Source: Terriglobia bacterium
Lineage (GTDB): Bacteria; Acidobacteriota; Terriglobia; 20CM-2-55-15
Direction of reading: 5' to 3'
Length of the DNA: 49,273 bases
NCBI GenBank assembly: GCA_963664115.2
Contig: CAXWPJ010000008.1
Coordinates: 1 to 49,273, forward strand
Position numbers and translations under genes: made by a program
Shown: piece after piece, positions 38,291-48,681 of the stretch
How positions within the stretch are numbered: position 1 is the stretch's first letter
Layout: every line of letters starts with the position of its first letter
The notes under the pieces: generated by a model
What the model saw: only the letters and a program-made list of their open reading frames with translations
The model's database searches: none
What the model was told of the DNA's origin: nothing

Positions 38291-38791
38291 ATGGCCGAAC
38301 GAATCTACCTTATCGGTTTTATGGGGGCTGGCAAGACGACGGTAGGACGTCTCCTGGCCGAGCTGCTGGGTTGGTCCTTCGTTGATCTGGATACTGAAAT
38401 CCAAGGTGTGGAGGGTCGATCCGTAGCCGACATTTTTGAGGATTCCGGTGAAACCCACTTTCGCCGTGTTGAATCAGAACAACTTCGAGAAGTATCTCGA
38501 TTGCGTAATCGGGTGGTGGCTCTCGGAGGTGGAACGTACGCTGATCCCGGCAATCGCGCGCACGTTGAGGAGAGCGGATTGTCGGTGTATCTGGAGACCG
38601 CGTTGGAATCGATTCAGGATCGAATCGATGACGATGGCGCCCGTCCGCTGTTTGCGAATGCACTGCGTATGGCTGAACTTTACCGGGAGCGTCTGCCATC
38701 GTATAGAATGGCGTCTGTGACCGTAAACACGGATAACCTGAACCCGAAGGCCCTTGCCAACCGCGTTTTTCAAATCGTCAGTTCGCTATGA
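38291..38791 (+). CDS. aroK: Shikimate kinase
   Basis: GFMGAGKTT, DLD, FRRVE, LGGG, RPL. Confidence 0.95.
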   Translation: MAERIYLIGFMGAGKTTVGRLLAELLGWSFVDLDTEIQGVEGRSVADIFEDSGETHFRRVESEQLREVSRLRNRVVALGGGTYADPGNRAHVEESGLSVYLETALESIQDRIDDDGARPLFANALRMAELYRERLPSYRMASVTVNTDNLNPKALANRVFQIVSSL

Positions 38792-39378
38792 CTATCGTTT
38801 CTTTGATTCTGCTTGCGATCCTGCCGCTTCAAGTCGAGAGTTCCAGGTTCACAGTCAGCGTCGAAGGTGAAAGAGTGGGTACCGAGGAATTCTCTGTCGT
38901 GAGAAATGGAGGCGGCTTCCTCGCAACCGGGCACACCCGGTTGGACGTCAACGGTCAACGTGTTGACGTCCGGAGCCGAATGGAATTGGATGACAATTTC
39001 AATCCGATCACCTATGAGTACCGTTCAGGAGACCAGGTACTGAAGGTTGATATTGCGGGCCAAGTTGCAGAAGTCGAATACACGGAGAGCGGTCGAAGAA
39101 CTCCGTACGACGTCAGATTTCCTTTGGGTGGCATGATCGTCGATGACAATTTTTTCCATCACTATATGTTCGTGCTTTACCGTCTCGGCGAAGCCGGGGG
39201 GACCGTGCCTGTATTTGTGCCTCAGCAGATGACGTTGGGGGCGCTCGAAATCGTTCGATTGGGCGAAGGGTCCTACGAACTGCAGAGCGGCAATCTTCGG
39301 TTACGTGCGACGACGGATGAAGAGGGGCGGTTGTTGAGGCTAATTTTGGTCGACTCCAACATTGTCGTCGAGCGCTGA
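38788..39378 (+). CDS. Secreted beta-rich hypothetical protein
   Basis: Signal peptide; ATGA overlap with aroK. Confidence 0.7.
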   Translation: MTIVSLILLAILPLQVESSRFTVSVEGERVGTEEFSVVRNGGGFLATGHTRLDVNGQRVDVRSRMELDDNFNPITYEYRSGDQVLKVDIAGQVAEVEYTESGRRTPYDVRFPLGGMIVDDNFFHHYMFVLYRLGEAGGTVPVFVPQQMTLGALEIVRLGEGSYELQSGNLRLRATTDEEGRLLRLILVDSNIVVER

Positions 39379-39442
39379 AAGAAAAGTGACGAGGAAGAAG
39401 TGTCGCGCAGGCGATATCGAACTTATCGCCCAGGCTGGGTGT

Positions 39443-39787
39443 TTAGCGAAAGCTGTTGATCGCCTCCGCTTCATCATCGTAGACATCAAAGACCGTTAGC
39501 AGCTTAGTGATTTGCATCAGGTCCCGCACCCGGCGTGTCAATTGCAGGAGTTTGAGATCGCCGTCCTGGTTCTTGACCTTGGTGAAGGACGAAACCAATT
39601 CCCCTAATCCAGAACTGTCGATGTAATCAACATCGGCCAGGCTCAGCAGAAATTTCCTGTCCCCTGCGTTGAGCATTTTCTGAATCCGTTCCCGCAATAT
39701 GATCGCACCTTCTCCGATCGTGATGCGGCCTGCCAGGTCCAGCATGACGACGTCGTCGAGTTGCCTTTGGGTGATCGTCATGCTCAT
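39443..39787 (-). CDS. STAS anti-sigma factor antagonist (RsbV/SpoIIAA-like)
   Basis: YIDSSGLG, ITKLLTVF. Confidence 0.93.
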   Translation of the reverse strand: MSMTITQRQLDDVVMLDLAGRITIGEGAIILRERIQKMLNAGDRKFLLSLADVDYIDSSGLGELVSSFTKVKNQDGDLKLLQLTRRVRDLMQITKLLTVFDVYDDEAEAINSFR

Positions 39788-40224
39788 GAAATTTTTTCGT
39801 CCTTGATGTTTTTGACCATTCGGAGGCGGCTTCCGTTTCCGTCGATCTGACTGACTTCAACGGTGTCCATGAACGACTGAATTATGAGTAGTCCACGACC
39901 CCCGGGTTTGAGCAGGTTCTCGACGTCGGTCGGATCCGGCACGTCGGATAGTTCAAAGCCCGGGCCCTGATCCTCGACGACAATCTCTATCACTTCTCCG
40001 TCAGATGAGATGCGAATTGATACGTTTTTTGAAGCATCCGAATTATTGCCGTGTTGTATGGCGTTGATCGCAGATTCGTTAATAGCCAACTCGATCCAGT
40101 AGGCGAGTTCCTTATCCAAACCGAAAGCTCCGCTTGTGCTTTCGGCGAATTGTTGCACGGCCTCCAATTCCTCCATACGGCTTGGCACCGTCAACTCGAA
40201 TACAGACGCAGCTTCTGAATCCAT
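39784..40224 (-). CDS. Anti-sigma factor Ser/Thr kinase (RsbW-like HATPase)
   Basis: E..NAIQHGN, DQGPGF, GRGL..FMD; coupled to STAS gene. Confidence 0.9.
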   Translation of the reverse strand: MDSEAASVFELTVPSRMEELEAVQQFAESTSGAFGLDKELAYWIELAINESAINAIQHGNNSDASKNVSIRISSDGEVIEIVVEDQGPGFELSDVPDPTDVENLLKPGGRGLLIIQSFMDTVEVSQIDGNGSRLRMVKNIKDEKIS

Positions 40225-40403
40225 CTCTGGATTATTAACACTCGCGTTTTTGAAAAGTCAATGGACGATTCCGACGTCACCCACGCTGTTAAGGCGCTTG
40301 TGTGATTCAATCCACGCTGAATTGGCGTGATATTCTTAAAATCTCTTCTGAAGTGGCAATGTTCGAACCGATGGACGGTTTGAAGCCGCATCAACGTACA
40401 GCA

Positions 40404-41684
40404 ATGAAGACGATACAGATTTTGCCGGCCAAGTGTCTCGGGGGCGAATTCGAATTGCCGGGAGATAAGTCCATTGGCCACCGGACCGCCCTGATTGGCG
40501 CGATCTCGGAAGGTTGGACGGAAGCAGATAATTTTCCCGATGGTGCGGACTGTCATAGCACCCTTGCGTGTTTGAAGCAATTGAGTGTGAATGTTCGATT
40601 GGACGACGGGAAAATGAGGATCGAAGGGCGCGGATTGGGTGGCCTTGGGCCCGCATCGGGGGATCTTGAGGCCGGCAACTCGGGGACGACCGTGCGTCTC
40701 CTCTCCGGTGTTCTTGCAGGTCATCGCTTTTCATCCACGCTCGTGGGGGATTCGTCTCTCAGTCGAAGACCGATGGCGCGTATTGTTCAGCCATTGGAAC
40801 GCTTTGGAGCCCGGCTTGAGACCACTGATGGGCATTTGCCACTCCGGATCCACGGCGAACCTCTCACGGCTATCGATTACGATCTGCCTGTGCCCAGCGC
40901 ACAGGTGAAATCGGCCGTTCTGCTGGCCGGGCTCCATGCCACTGGGACGACTTCCCTATACGAGAGTGTGCAGACTCGGGACCATACCGAGATCGCTTTA
41001 GAGGCCGCGGGAGCACGGCTGCGTGCTGACGGGGATCGAATCGAAATCGATGGAGGCGTTCCGCTTCGCGGGCGCAGCGTCCGGATACCCGGTGACTTGT
41101 CTTCGGCTGCTTTTTTCATCACTGCTGCTCTGGCCCTGCCCGAGTCTCAATTGCACCTGACCGGCGTCGGGGTCAACCCGACGCGAACGGCTTACCTGGC
41201 TCTTCTGGAACGATTGGGGGGTCGGGTTTTATTGGATTCCTTGAGCAACGATGGGGGAGAGTCGGTAGCCAATATACGCGTTCGCTCTTCTAGCTTGGGG
41301 CCGATTGAAATACAGCCGGAAGCCATTGCGGGGTTGATCGACGAATTGCCCGTCTTGGCTGTGCTGGGCGCCGCCGCAGAGGGCATTCGAATTCGCGGTG
41401 CGGGTGAGTTGCGCTTGAAGGAGAGTGATCGGATCCACGCTGTGGTGACGAACCTGCGGTCAATCGGGGTTGTGGTTGAAGAGTTCGACGATGGCCTGCT
41501 GGTCAAGGGAGGAGAGGTCATTCAAGGAGGCACGGTATCTTCATTCGGAGATCATCGCGTCGCGATGGCCTTCGCAGTTGCCGGTCTTTTGTCCCGCGTT
41601 GGAGTGGAAATCGAAGACGCCGATTGCGTGGACATTTCGTTCCCTGGTTTCTTTGAGTTATTGGAGGGTCTGGTCGACCGATAG
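40404..41684 (+). CDS. aroA: EPSP synthase
   Basis: PGDKSI.HR, GNSGTT, RPM, SAQVKSA, RDHTE, KESDRI, DHRVAM. Confidence 0.97.
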   Translation: MKTIQILPAKCLGGEFELPGDKSIGHRTALIGAISEGWTEADNFPDGADCHSTLACLKQLSVNVRLDDGKMRIEGRGLGGLGPASGDLEAGNSGTTVRLLSGVLAGHRFSSTLVGDSSLSRRPMARIVQPLERFGARLETTDGHLPLRIHGEPLTAIDYDLPVPSAQVKSAVLLAGLHATGTTSLYESVQTRDHTEIALEAAGARLRADGDRIEIDGGVPLRGRSVRIPGDLSSAAFFITAALALPESQLHLTGVGVNPTRTAYLALLERLGGRVLLDSLSNDGGESVANIRVRSSSLGPIEIQPEAIAGLIDELPVLAVLGAAAEGIRIRGAGELRLKESDRIHAVVTNLRSIGVVVEEFDDGLLVKGGEVIQGGTVSSFGDHRVAMAFAVAGLLSRVGVEIEDADCVDISFPGFFELLEGLVDR

Positions 41685-41754
41685 CGGAGAGGACATCAAA
41701 CACAGAGGCACCGAGCTTAGGTCAAGAACTTTCTCTCTACGCAGTATCGCTTGT

Positions 41755-43047
41755 TCATGAAGCGTCCCGGGCGACTTGGATGTTCTCTCCATCCTCGACT
41801 TCAATCGGAGCACTACGCGTCATTCTGATACGCATGATCCGGCGCCCAACCATCTGTTCCACCTGGTAAGTACTTCCTTCGCATTCGACCGCATCTCCTT
41901 CAAGTGGCACCCGGCCGGTCTTCATCATCATGAACCCTCCGAGTGTCACGTAGTATCCGTTTTCAGGTACGTTCGATTCGAGTCTCTCATTGAGTTCCCT
42001 GACCGAAATTCCAGCGTCGATCACATAGCTTCCATTCGGTTGAGGTATGATCTCGTCCACTTCGATGTCGTGTTCGTCTTGAATCTCACCAACGATCTGT
42101 TCGATCAAATCTTCCAGCGTGACGATACCTTCGACGCCGCCGTGTTCATCGACAACGATACCCAGATGTGTTTGCGCTGATTGGAGAACGCGTATCGCGT
42201 TGTTCAGTCGAGCAGTATCGGGAATGAAAACGGGTTTTCGTAGTAGTTGGGATAAGCGGAACGTTTTCTGCGAGTGGACGTGAGGCATCAGATCTTTGCC
42301 GTGGACGATACCGAGGACGTTGTCGAGGCTTCCCTTGTAGACCGGAAAGCGTGTCAACCGGGTTGTCTCCACAACCCGGAGAACTTCTTCGATCGGTGTT
42401 TCAATCGCCAGCGAGACCGTCTTCATGCGCGGCACCATCACGTCCCGTACCTGGCGCTCGGAGAATTCCAGAACGCGTTCGAGCATCTTTTGCCGATCCT
42501 GGGAATAGGCGTTGATGATCGATTTGAGTTCGACGTCAGATATTGATGCTGCCAGCGCGCGCTGGTTTTCACGCACGCTTTTATAAAAAAGCCCTGCGAA
42601 CTTGATGCTCAACCGTGCAATTGGATAGGAGATCCGCATCCAGAATTCAATCGGCACGACAAGCCGTAGACTTGTCCGTTCGGGACTGCGTGTCGCAAAT
42701 GCTTTTGGCCCCAATTCGCAGAATAATAAAACGATGAGCGTCAAAGCGACCGTTTCCAGGATAAGAAACACATTGCGCTGCTCTTCGGCGACGGTGCGCG
42801 CAACCATCGCTGCGGCCACAGTCGCCGCTCCGATATTGACGAAATTGTTCCCCAGCAAAATTGCAGCGAGCAACTTTTGTGGAGCGTCAAGCCATTCTGC
42901 CAACTTCTTAGCGTGTTTGTTCCCGCCCGCAGCCAGGTGACGAATGCGATGCCTGTTGCTGGACAGGACTGCTGTTTCCGACATAGAAAACAGACCCGAA
43001 AACAGGAGAAAAACAAAGAGGAGAATAATTAGAAAAATCGAAGGCAT
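41755..43047 (-). CDS. Hemolysin/CNNM family (DUF21-CBS-CorC) transporter
   Basis: FSMSETA, ILLGNN, E..PK, VMVPR, VVDEHGG, EDLIEQIVGEIQDE. Confidence 0.93.
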   Translation of the reverse strand: MPSIFLIILLFVFLLFSGLFSMSETAVLSSNRHRIRHLAAGGNKHAKKLAEWLDAPQKLLAAILLGNNFVNIGAATVAAAMVARTVAEEQRNVFLILETVALTLIVLLFCELGPKAFATRSPERTSLRLVVPIEFWMRISYPIARLSIKFAGLFYKSVRENQRALAASISDVELKSIINAYSQDRQKMLERVLEFSERQVRDVMVPRMKTVSLAIETPIEEVLRVVETTRLTRFPVYKGSLDNVLGIVHGKDLMPHVHSQKTFRLSQLLRKPVFIPDTARLNNAIRVLQSAQTHLGIVVDEHGGVEGIVTLEDLIEQIVGEIQDEHDIEVDEIIPQPNGSYVIDAGISVRELNERLESNVPENGYYVTLGGFMMMKTGRVPLEGDAVECEGSTYQVEQMVGRRIMRIRMTRSAPIEVEDGENIQVARDAS

Positions 43048-43068
43048 AAGAGGTTAGCCCGGAGTGGG

Positions 43069-43578
43069 CTAGGCGACAGGGACCTTGGCGCAGGCTTTAT
43101 CGACCGTTTTGTCGATCCTACCTTCGATGTCGTCTTCCGGAACGCTCATCACCGACGCCAATTCCGACACGAGCAGAAAACGTGCCCGGTCCTGCATCCG
43201 TTTTTCCCGGAAAGACAGAGGTTTGATCTTGTTGAGGTAAACGAGATTCTTATATACCTCGGCAACGTGAAAAATAGAACCCGACCGCATCTTTTCGGAG
43301 TTTTCTTTAAAACGGTCTTTCCAGTCCCGCTGCGAAAAGAATTCCTTGTTGGAGAGAAATGTAAAAAGCCGGCTCACTTGCTTGCCGTCGATCGTTCGCC
43401 GCAACCCCACGTATTGTGCGTTGGCAGTTGGAACCATGACAAGTATGTCGTTGGAGCAGATTCTTAGAAGATAAAATCGTTCGAATTTCCCCTGAACCAG
43501 GCGATTCGAAATCTTTTCGATAATGCCGACCCCGTGGTTTGGATAAACCACCTGATCGCCTATTTCAAAATCTTGCAT
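43069..43578 (-). CDS. carD: CarD family transcriptional regulator
   Basis: FEIGDQVVYPNHGVG, VPT..GLR, LSFREKRM. Confidence 0.92.
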   Translation of the reverse strand: MQDFEIGDQVVYPNHGVGIIEKISNRLVQGKFERFYLLRICSNDILVMVPTANAQYVGLRRTIDGKQVSRLFTFLSNKEFFSQRDWKDRFKENSEKMRSGSIFHVAEVYKNLVYLNKIKPLSFREKRMQDRARFLLVSELASVMSVPEDDIEGRIDKTVDKACAKVPVA

Positions 43579-43738
43579 AAAACCTGCGCACGGGTGTGGA
43601 ACCATTCTAAGGTTTATACTGAAGGATCGTCAAGCGTCGAACCGATCGGCTTCGCGTTCCTCGGGCTCTTACCGTCCTGAATTGAAAGACATCCAATGCA
43701 GTTCAAGGAAGCCGAACGTCCAACAAAGGGAACGACTA

Positions 43739-45166
43739 ATGAAAAATCCTGAATTAACGGACATGAGTCCGGAGGAATTCCGAGAGTGGGGCCACCGTTC
43801 AATCGATTGGATCGCTGACTACCTCTCAGATTTGGAGACACGAACGGTCTCCCCTGATGTGAGTGCCGGCTCGATCCGTGCGCAGATTCCCGATATGGCA
43901 CCTGATGCCGGCGAAGGAATGGACCGCATCTTTTCGGATATGGAAAAAGTAATTCTGCCCGGAGTTACGCATTGGAACAGTCCGAATTTCTTTGCATACT
44001 TTCCCAGTTCGGCCTCCGGTCCCGGCATTTTGGGGGAGTTGTTGATGGCTGCGTTCAACACGAACGCGATGATATGGCGGACTTCTCCCGCAGCGACGGA
44101 ACTCGAAGAAGCGGTTCTCAACTGGCTACGGCAAATGTTGGGTCTTTCCGATGCATTCACTGGTGTGGTTTATGACACAGCTTCAGTTTCCACGTTTCAT
44201 GCAATTGCCGCTGCTCGGGCGGCGATTTCGGAGAGGGATATTGGTGAAGACGGTATGGGGGGTGTCGGCGCTCCACGTTTGTGCATGTACACCTCACAGG
44301 AGGCCCATTCGTCGGTTGAAAAGGCCGGGATCGCGCTGGGTCTCGGTAGAAATGGAGTCCGTAAGATCGGTGTCGACGACCGCTTCAGAATGGATGCCGT
44401 AGAGTTAGAAGCGGCTATCGGGCGGGACAAGGCGGACGGCTGGCATCCATTCTGCGTGTCGGCAACAGTGGGTACGACATCGACGACCAGCGTTGATCCG
44501 GTCGAAGCGATTGCGAGCGTTTGCAACAAGCATGGACTTTGGCTTCACGTGGATGGGGCTTACGCGGCCGCTGCGGCAATCCTGCCCGAAATGAGAAATA
44601 TTCTGGCGGGATGTGAGCACGCCCATTCGTTTGTAATGAATCCGCACAAGTGGTTGTTTACACCCATCGATTTTAGCGCGCTTTTCTGCAGGCGTCCCGA
44701 CATGTTGAAGCGAGCGTTCAGCCTGACGCCGGAGTATCTTCAAACGCAGGAGGGGGCCAGCGTCACCAACTATATGGATTACGGGATCCAGTTGGGCCGC
44801 CGCTTTCGATCCCTGAAGTTCTGGATGGTTGTGCGGTATTTTGGCGTCGACGGTCTCCGCCGCCGCATCCGCGAACACATTCGACTTGCCCGGCAGTTTG
44901 GAGAATGGGTCGAGGACGATTCGCGTTTCCGATTGCTGTTGCCAGTCCAATTCGGCACGGTCTGCTTCCGGCTGAAAGGGACTAACGAAGCGAACGAACA
45001 GCTTCTTGAAAGCCTGAATCGTCGAGGGCCGATTTATCTTTCACATACGAATCTGAACGGCGACGTCATTCTTCGTTTTTCTGTTGGAAACATTCGGACA
45101 ACCGAAGCACATGTCGAAGCCGCCTGGAAGTTAATCCAGACTGCGGCGACGGAGCTTGAGGATTAA
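43739..45166 (+). CDS. PLP-dependent group II decarboxylase (aromatic-L-amino-acid decarboxylase-like)
   Basis: GVTHW, SPAATELE, HSSVEKA, HVDGAY, NPHKW, LGRRFRSLK. Confidence 0.9.
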   Translation: MKNPELTDMSPEEFREWGHRSIDWIADYLSDLETRTVSPDVSAGSIRAQIPDMAPDAGEGMDRIFSDMEKVILPGVTHWNSPNFFAYFPSSASGPGILGELLMAAFNTNAMIWRTSPAATELEEAVLNWLRQMLGLSDAFTGVVYDTASVSTFHAIAAARAAISERDIGEDGMGGVGAPRLCMYTSQEAHSSVEKAGIALGLGRNGVRKIGVDDRFRMDAVELEAAIGRDKADGWHPFCVSATVGTTSTTSVDPVEAIASVCNKHGLWLHVDGAYAAAAAILPEMRNILAGCEHAHSFVMNPHKWLFTPIDFSALFCRRPDMLKRAFSLTPEYLQTQEGASVTNYMDYGIQLGRRFRSLKFWMVVRYFGVDGLRRRIREHIRLARQFGEWVEDDSRFRLLLPVQFGTVCFRLKGTNEANEQLLESLNRRGPIYLSHTNLNGDVILRFSVGNIRTTEAHVEAAWKLIQTAATELED

Positions 45167-45339
45167 GAATTTCACCGCAAAGGCGCGAAGGCGCGAAGAA
45201 AGCAGGTTAGCTTGCTGACATTGACCCGTTACACAGCTGCTTGGGATCGCGGCCCAATTTGAGAATCCACGATAGTTAGGCAAAGAGAATCCCTGACAAC
45301 CTAAAATCTCTGTGAACTCTGCGTCTCTGCGTTGGAGTT

Positions 45340-46263
45340 TTAGTTCGAAGTCAGGGATCGCCCCCGGATGGCTTCGGCGATTTCGGCCGCAGCCAGATGG
45401 AGGCGGGGGCCTACCAGGAGAAGGTGGTCGCCCGCAAGGACGTAGACGCGGCTGTCGCGAACGGCGGGGACAGCTGCCAATGTTTGCCAGTCCGCCAGGC
45501 GCTGGTCGATGCGGGCTCGTCCATCTGAATCCGACGGGAGCAATTCGACGATGACTTCAGGAGCGCGTTTGAGGACCTCTTCCAGGGTAGGCTGGAAAGT
45601 GTTTTCATCCACATCGCCGAATATATTTTGGCCGCCGGCGATCTCGATCAATTCATCGAAATAGGACAGGGCTCCTCCGGTATAGAAAGAACCCATCGTT
45701 CCGACCTCGCGACTGTGCGCGAGGAGGACCCTGGGACGGTTTTCGCCGGATTCGGCTCGAATGTCCTCCAATGCCGCCGCGATTTCAGAGGCAAGACTAA
45801 TTCCTTCCTCGGGCAATCCCATCTCACTTCCGAGTGCCCGGATGGATTCCAGCACGTGTTGGATGCTTCCGGTAACGAAAGGGTACTGGCGGATTCCAGC
45901 GGCTGCGAGTCGCTCCTGGAGCAAAGCCTGCGTTCCATATGTGATCACGAGGTCAGGCTGCAGCTGGAATATTATCTCGACGTTAGGATTGATGAGGGCC
46001 CCTACTCGCGGACGTTCCATTGCTTCGGGTGGAAAATTGTCGAAATCGCTGACACCCACGATGCGATCTCCAGCGCCCAAAGCGAAAAGAGTCTCTGTAA
46101 CCGTCGGTACGAGTGACACAACACGTTTAGGCGCGGCGTTCTGAGAAATCGGGTCAGGTGGGGCCGCGCACGCGAACACGATCAATGACAACAAGACAAG
46201 AAGCAGGCGATTGGCTTTCACAGGCGCCGGAAGGCGCATTCGCAACAGGCAAAATGCAGGCAT
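45340..46263 (-). CDS. btuF: Cobalamin-binding ABC substrate-binding lipoprotein (BtuF-like)
   Basis: RVVSLVPTVTE.LFALG, GPRL; downstream of cobalamin riboswitch. Confidence 0.85.
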   Translation of the reverse strand: MPAFCLLRMRLPAPVKANRLLLVLLSLIVFACAAPPDPISQNAAPKRVVSLVPTVTETLFALGAGDRIVGVSDFDNFPPEAMERPRVGALINPNVEIIFQLQPDLVITYGTQALLQERLAAAGIRQYPFVTGSIQHVLESIRALGSEMGLPEEGISLASEIAAALEDIRAESGENRPRVLLAHSREVGTMGSFYTGGALSYFDELIEIAGGQNIFGDVDENTFQPTLEEVLKRAPEVIVELLPSDSDGRARIDQRLADWQTLAAVPAVRDSRVYVLAGDHLLLVGPRLHLAAAEIAEAIRGRSLTSN

Positions 46264-46289
46264 GGGTTCCTCTCCCTCGAAAGGTTATT

Positions 46290-46455
46290 CCCTCGGGAGG
46301 TCTCCTGACTCGACGACACTGTACGGGATAGCGCCTTCCCGCCGGCTTCTTAGCGGCAGTGGCTGTTGCGTGAGAAATTGTCGTCTTACAGTTGCGGGGC
46401 AGTAGCGGCATCTCACCGCTTTCCCTCATCCGAAGTTCACCGGAATCATATCAGG
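46290..46455 (-). promoter_or_regulatory. Cobalamin riboswitch
   Basis: Minus strand GGGAAAGCGGTGAGATGCCGCTACTGCCCCGCAACTGT..GCCACTG..GGGAAGG..AGTCAGGAGACCT; boundaries approximate. Confidence 0.93.
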
Positions 46456-46705
46456 AAAACCGGTCGCGTCCACTTGAAATAGGACAGGCGGGACCTGGCT
46501 ACCGTATATAATTCTGCGCTCAGGTATGACTTTGAACGCCTGAGTGAGTGTAGAGTGTAAGAATTCAACACGAAGACACGAAGGAAAACTCATATTTCAG
46601 TCTTCTTCGTGCCGCTTCGTTCCCTTCGTGCCTTCGTGTTGAAATCCGATCGCTTATGTGGCGGCTGTCTTCGCACCGCTTGCGGCTCGATTGGAGGTTT
46701 CCTCG

Positions 46706-47872
46706 ATGGAGTATGTTCCCAGAGACGAACTCGAACGGCGGTGGGCCCGCGTCCGTCGTTTCATGGACTGTGATGGGCTGATCGTGCTTCAGAACGTCGA
46801 TCAGTTTTATCTCAGCGGCACGGTCCAAGACGGTGTTTTGTGGTTTCCCGTTGAGGGCGAGCCCGTCTTTGCGGTTCGGAAGAGTCTCTTTCGCGCTAGG
46901 AAGGAATCGGCACTTAAGAATATTGTTGCGTTGAAGAAGTATTCCGAGCTTCCGGATTTGATTTCTTCTCCGGGAGAAGTTCTCGGCCTGGAATTCGACG
47001 TCGTACCGGTGGCTTTGCATCGACAGATCGCGAAGGCATTTCCCAATCGAGAGTTCGTAGACGCCTCCCCATCTCTGCGGCAAGCCCGTTCGGTCAAGAC
47101 GGAATTCGAAATCGAGCAGATCCGTCGGGCCGCCCGAATGGTGGACAAAGCGTTTCTCGACGTTCCGACACAGCTTCGAGAAGGGCTGCAAGAGTACGAA
47201 TTAGGCGCACGGATCGAGTACGTGATGCGAATGGAAGGGCATCAGGGTTTCACCCGTGTGCGCCGATTCAACATGGAAATCCACTATGGCGCGGTTGCTT
47301 TTGGGGACACGAGCGCGTATCCGCACAGTTTCGATGGGCCTGTTGGAGTGCGGGGCCTCTATCCGGCAGTGCCGCTGATGGCGGGGGAGAAACCCCTGGT
47401 GCGCGGGGAACCCGTGATGGTCGATATCGTGGGGGGGTGTGGCGGATACATCGCCGACGGCTCCAGGGCATATTCGCTTGGGGAACCTTCGGAGAAAGTC
47501 CGCGACACGCACACGTTTATCCTGGAATTGAATGCCTGGTTGGAAGAGCAACTGAAGCCGGGCAACATCCCCAGCGAAATTTACGCCAAAGTCCAGGAAC
47601 GCCTGACTGGCACCGATTACGCACCTCACTTCATGGGAGCGGGCAGCAATAAGGTTCGTTTTATCGCGCATGGTGTTGGGCTCGAACTGGATGAGTTTCC
47701 TGTAATCGCGCCTCAATTCGATGAACCGCTTGAGCCGGGTGTCGTCCTGGCCATGGAACCCAAAGTGTTTTACCCAGGTATTGGCGGCGCCGGTGTCGAA
47801 AACACCTTCGTTATCACCGAGGGCGGTTGCGAATGTTTAATGAGTGCGCCCCAGGAATGGGTCAGCGTTTAG
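46706..47872 (+). CDS. Xaa-Pro peptidase family (M24) protein
   Basis: RSVKT..EI, VD..GYIADGSR, HGVGLELDE, MEPK, GVENT; ATG after GGAGG. Confidence 0.9.
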   Translation: MEYVPRDELERRWARVRRFMDCDGLIVLQNVDQFYLSGTVQDGVLWFPVEGEPVFAVRKSLFRARKESALKNIVALKKYSELPDLISSPGEVLGLEFDVVPVALHRQIAKAFPNREFVDASPSLRQARSVKTEFEIEQIRRAARMVDKAFLDVPTQLREGLQEYELGARIEYVMRMEGHQGFTRVRRFNMEIHYGAVAFGDTSAYPHSFDGPVGVRGLYPAVPLMAGEKPLVRGEPVMVDIVGGCGGYIADGSRAYSLGEPSEKVRDTHTFILELNAWLEEQLKPGNIPSEIYAKVQERLTGTDYAPHFMGAGSNKVRFIAHGVGLELDEFPVIAPQFDEPLEPGVVLAMEPKVFYPGIGGAGVENTFVITEGGCECLMSAPQEWVSV

Positions 47873-48171
47873 CAGCCCGTGGCAGAAGTGTCGAGGGCCG
47901 CGCGCAGGGGTCTTCGGGTTGCAGGCGCGAAGTGAGGAGCGGGCACCGAGGTCTGAAACCGAGGCCGCTGGCGCCGTCTTTGCATCGTGACCGACGAGGG
48001 ACAAAGCCTGTGGCCCGACCCCCCCTGCGCCCAAAGGGTTACGACGAAACGGGGCCGCCTTCGTTGTCGCCAACTCCTCCCAATGAATGAGCATTGTCTC
48101 GTCGTCGCCTCCTAGAATCCGGCCCCGTTTGGCCGTAACGCGGCCCTCGACACTTCTGCCACGGGCTGCTA
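47870..48171. mobile_element. MITE with perfect 33-bp terminal inverted repeats
   Basis: TAGCAGCCCGTGGCAGAAGTGTCGAGGGCCGCG (47870-47902) and exact reverse complement (48139-48171); no transposase; probable TA duplication. Confidence 0.85.
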
Positions 48172-48681
48172 GTCGAGCAGCATTAGCAATCCGACAATGG
48201 TCTTAGCATCCCGGATGCGTCCTTCCTGAATCATCCGGAGCGCGTGGTCACGGTGGGTCACGGAAACTTCGATGGATTCATCGTCGTCAAGACTTTGCTT
48301 GGCTAAAGTCAGCTCGCTTGCTTCATAGAGATACATTAATTCATTGCTGAAACCCGGCGTTGTGTAATAGGTGGCTCGAAGTTCCAGTCGTTTCGCGCTG
48401 TATCCGGTCTCTTCTTCAAGTTCGCGGCGGGCGGCGTCGATCGGATCCTCATCTTTTTCCAGCGTTCCCGCCGGAATTTCGACAATTACTTCGCCGGTCG
48501 CATGCCTGTATTGATTGATCAGTACGACTTCGTCCGATGACAGCATCGCGACGATGGATACCGCACCGGGATGGACGACAACTTCGTATGTCTTCTCTCT
48601 ACCTGAGGCATCCACGATCCGATCCCGCCGCACGGCAATCCGCCGCCCCTGAAACTCAATTGTTTGTTCTATGACTTTCAT
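48169..48681 (-). CDS. ADP-ribose pyrophosphatase-like Nudix hydrolase
   Basis: HPGAV, QYR, EIPAG..AARRELEEETG, TPGF, DAKT. Confidence 0.92.
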   Translation of the reverse strand: MKVIEQTIEFQGRRIAVRRDRIVDASGREKTYEVVVHPGAVSIVAMLSSDEVVLINQYRHATGEVIVEIPAGTLEKDEDPIDAARRELEEETGYSAKRLELRATYYTTPGFSNELMYLYEASELTLAKQSLDDDESIEVSVTHRDHALRMIQEGRIRDAKTIVGLLMLLD

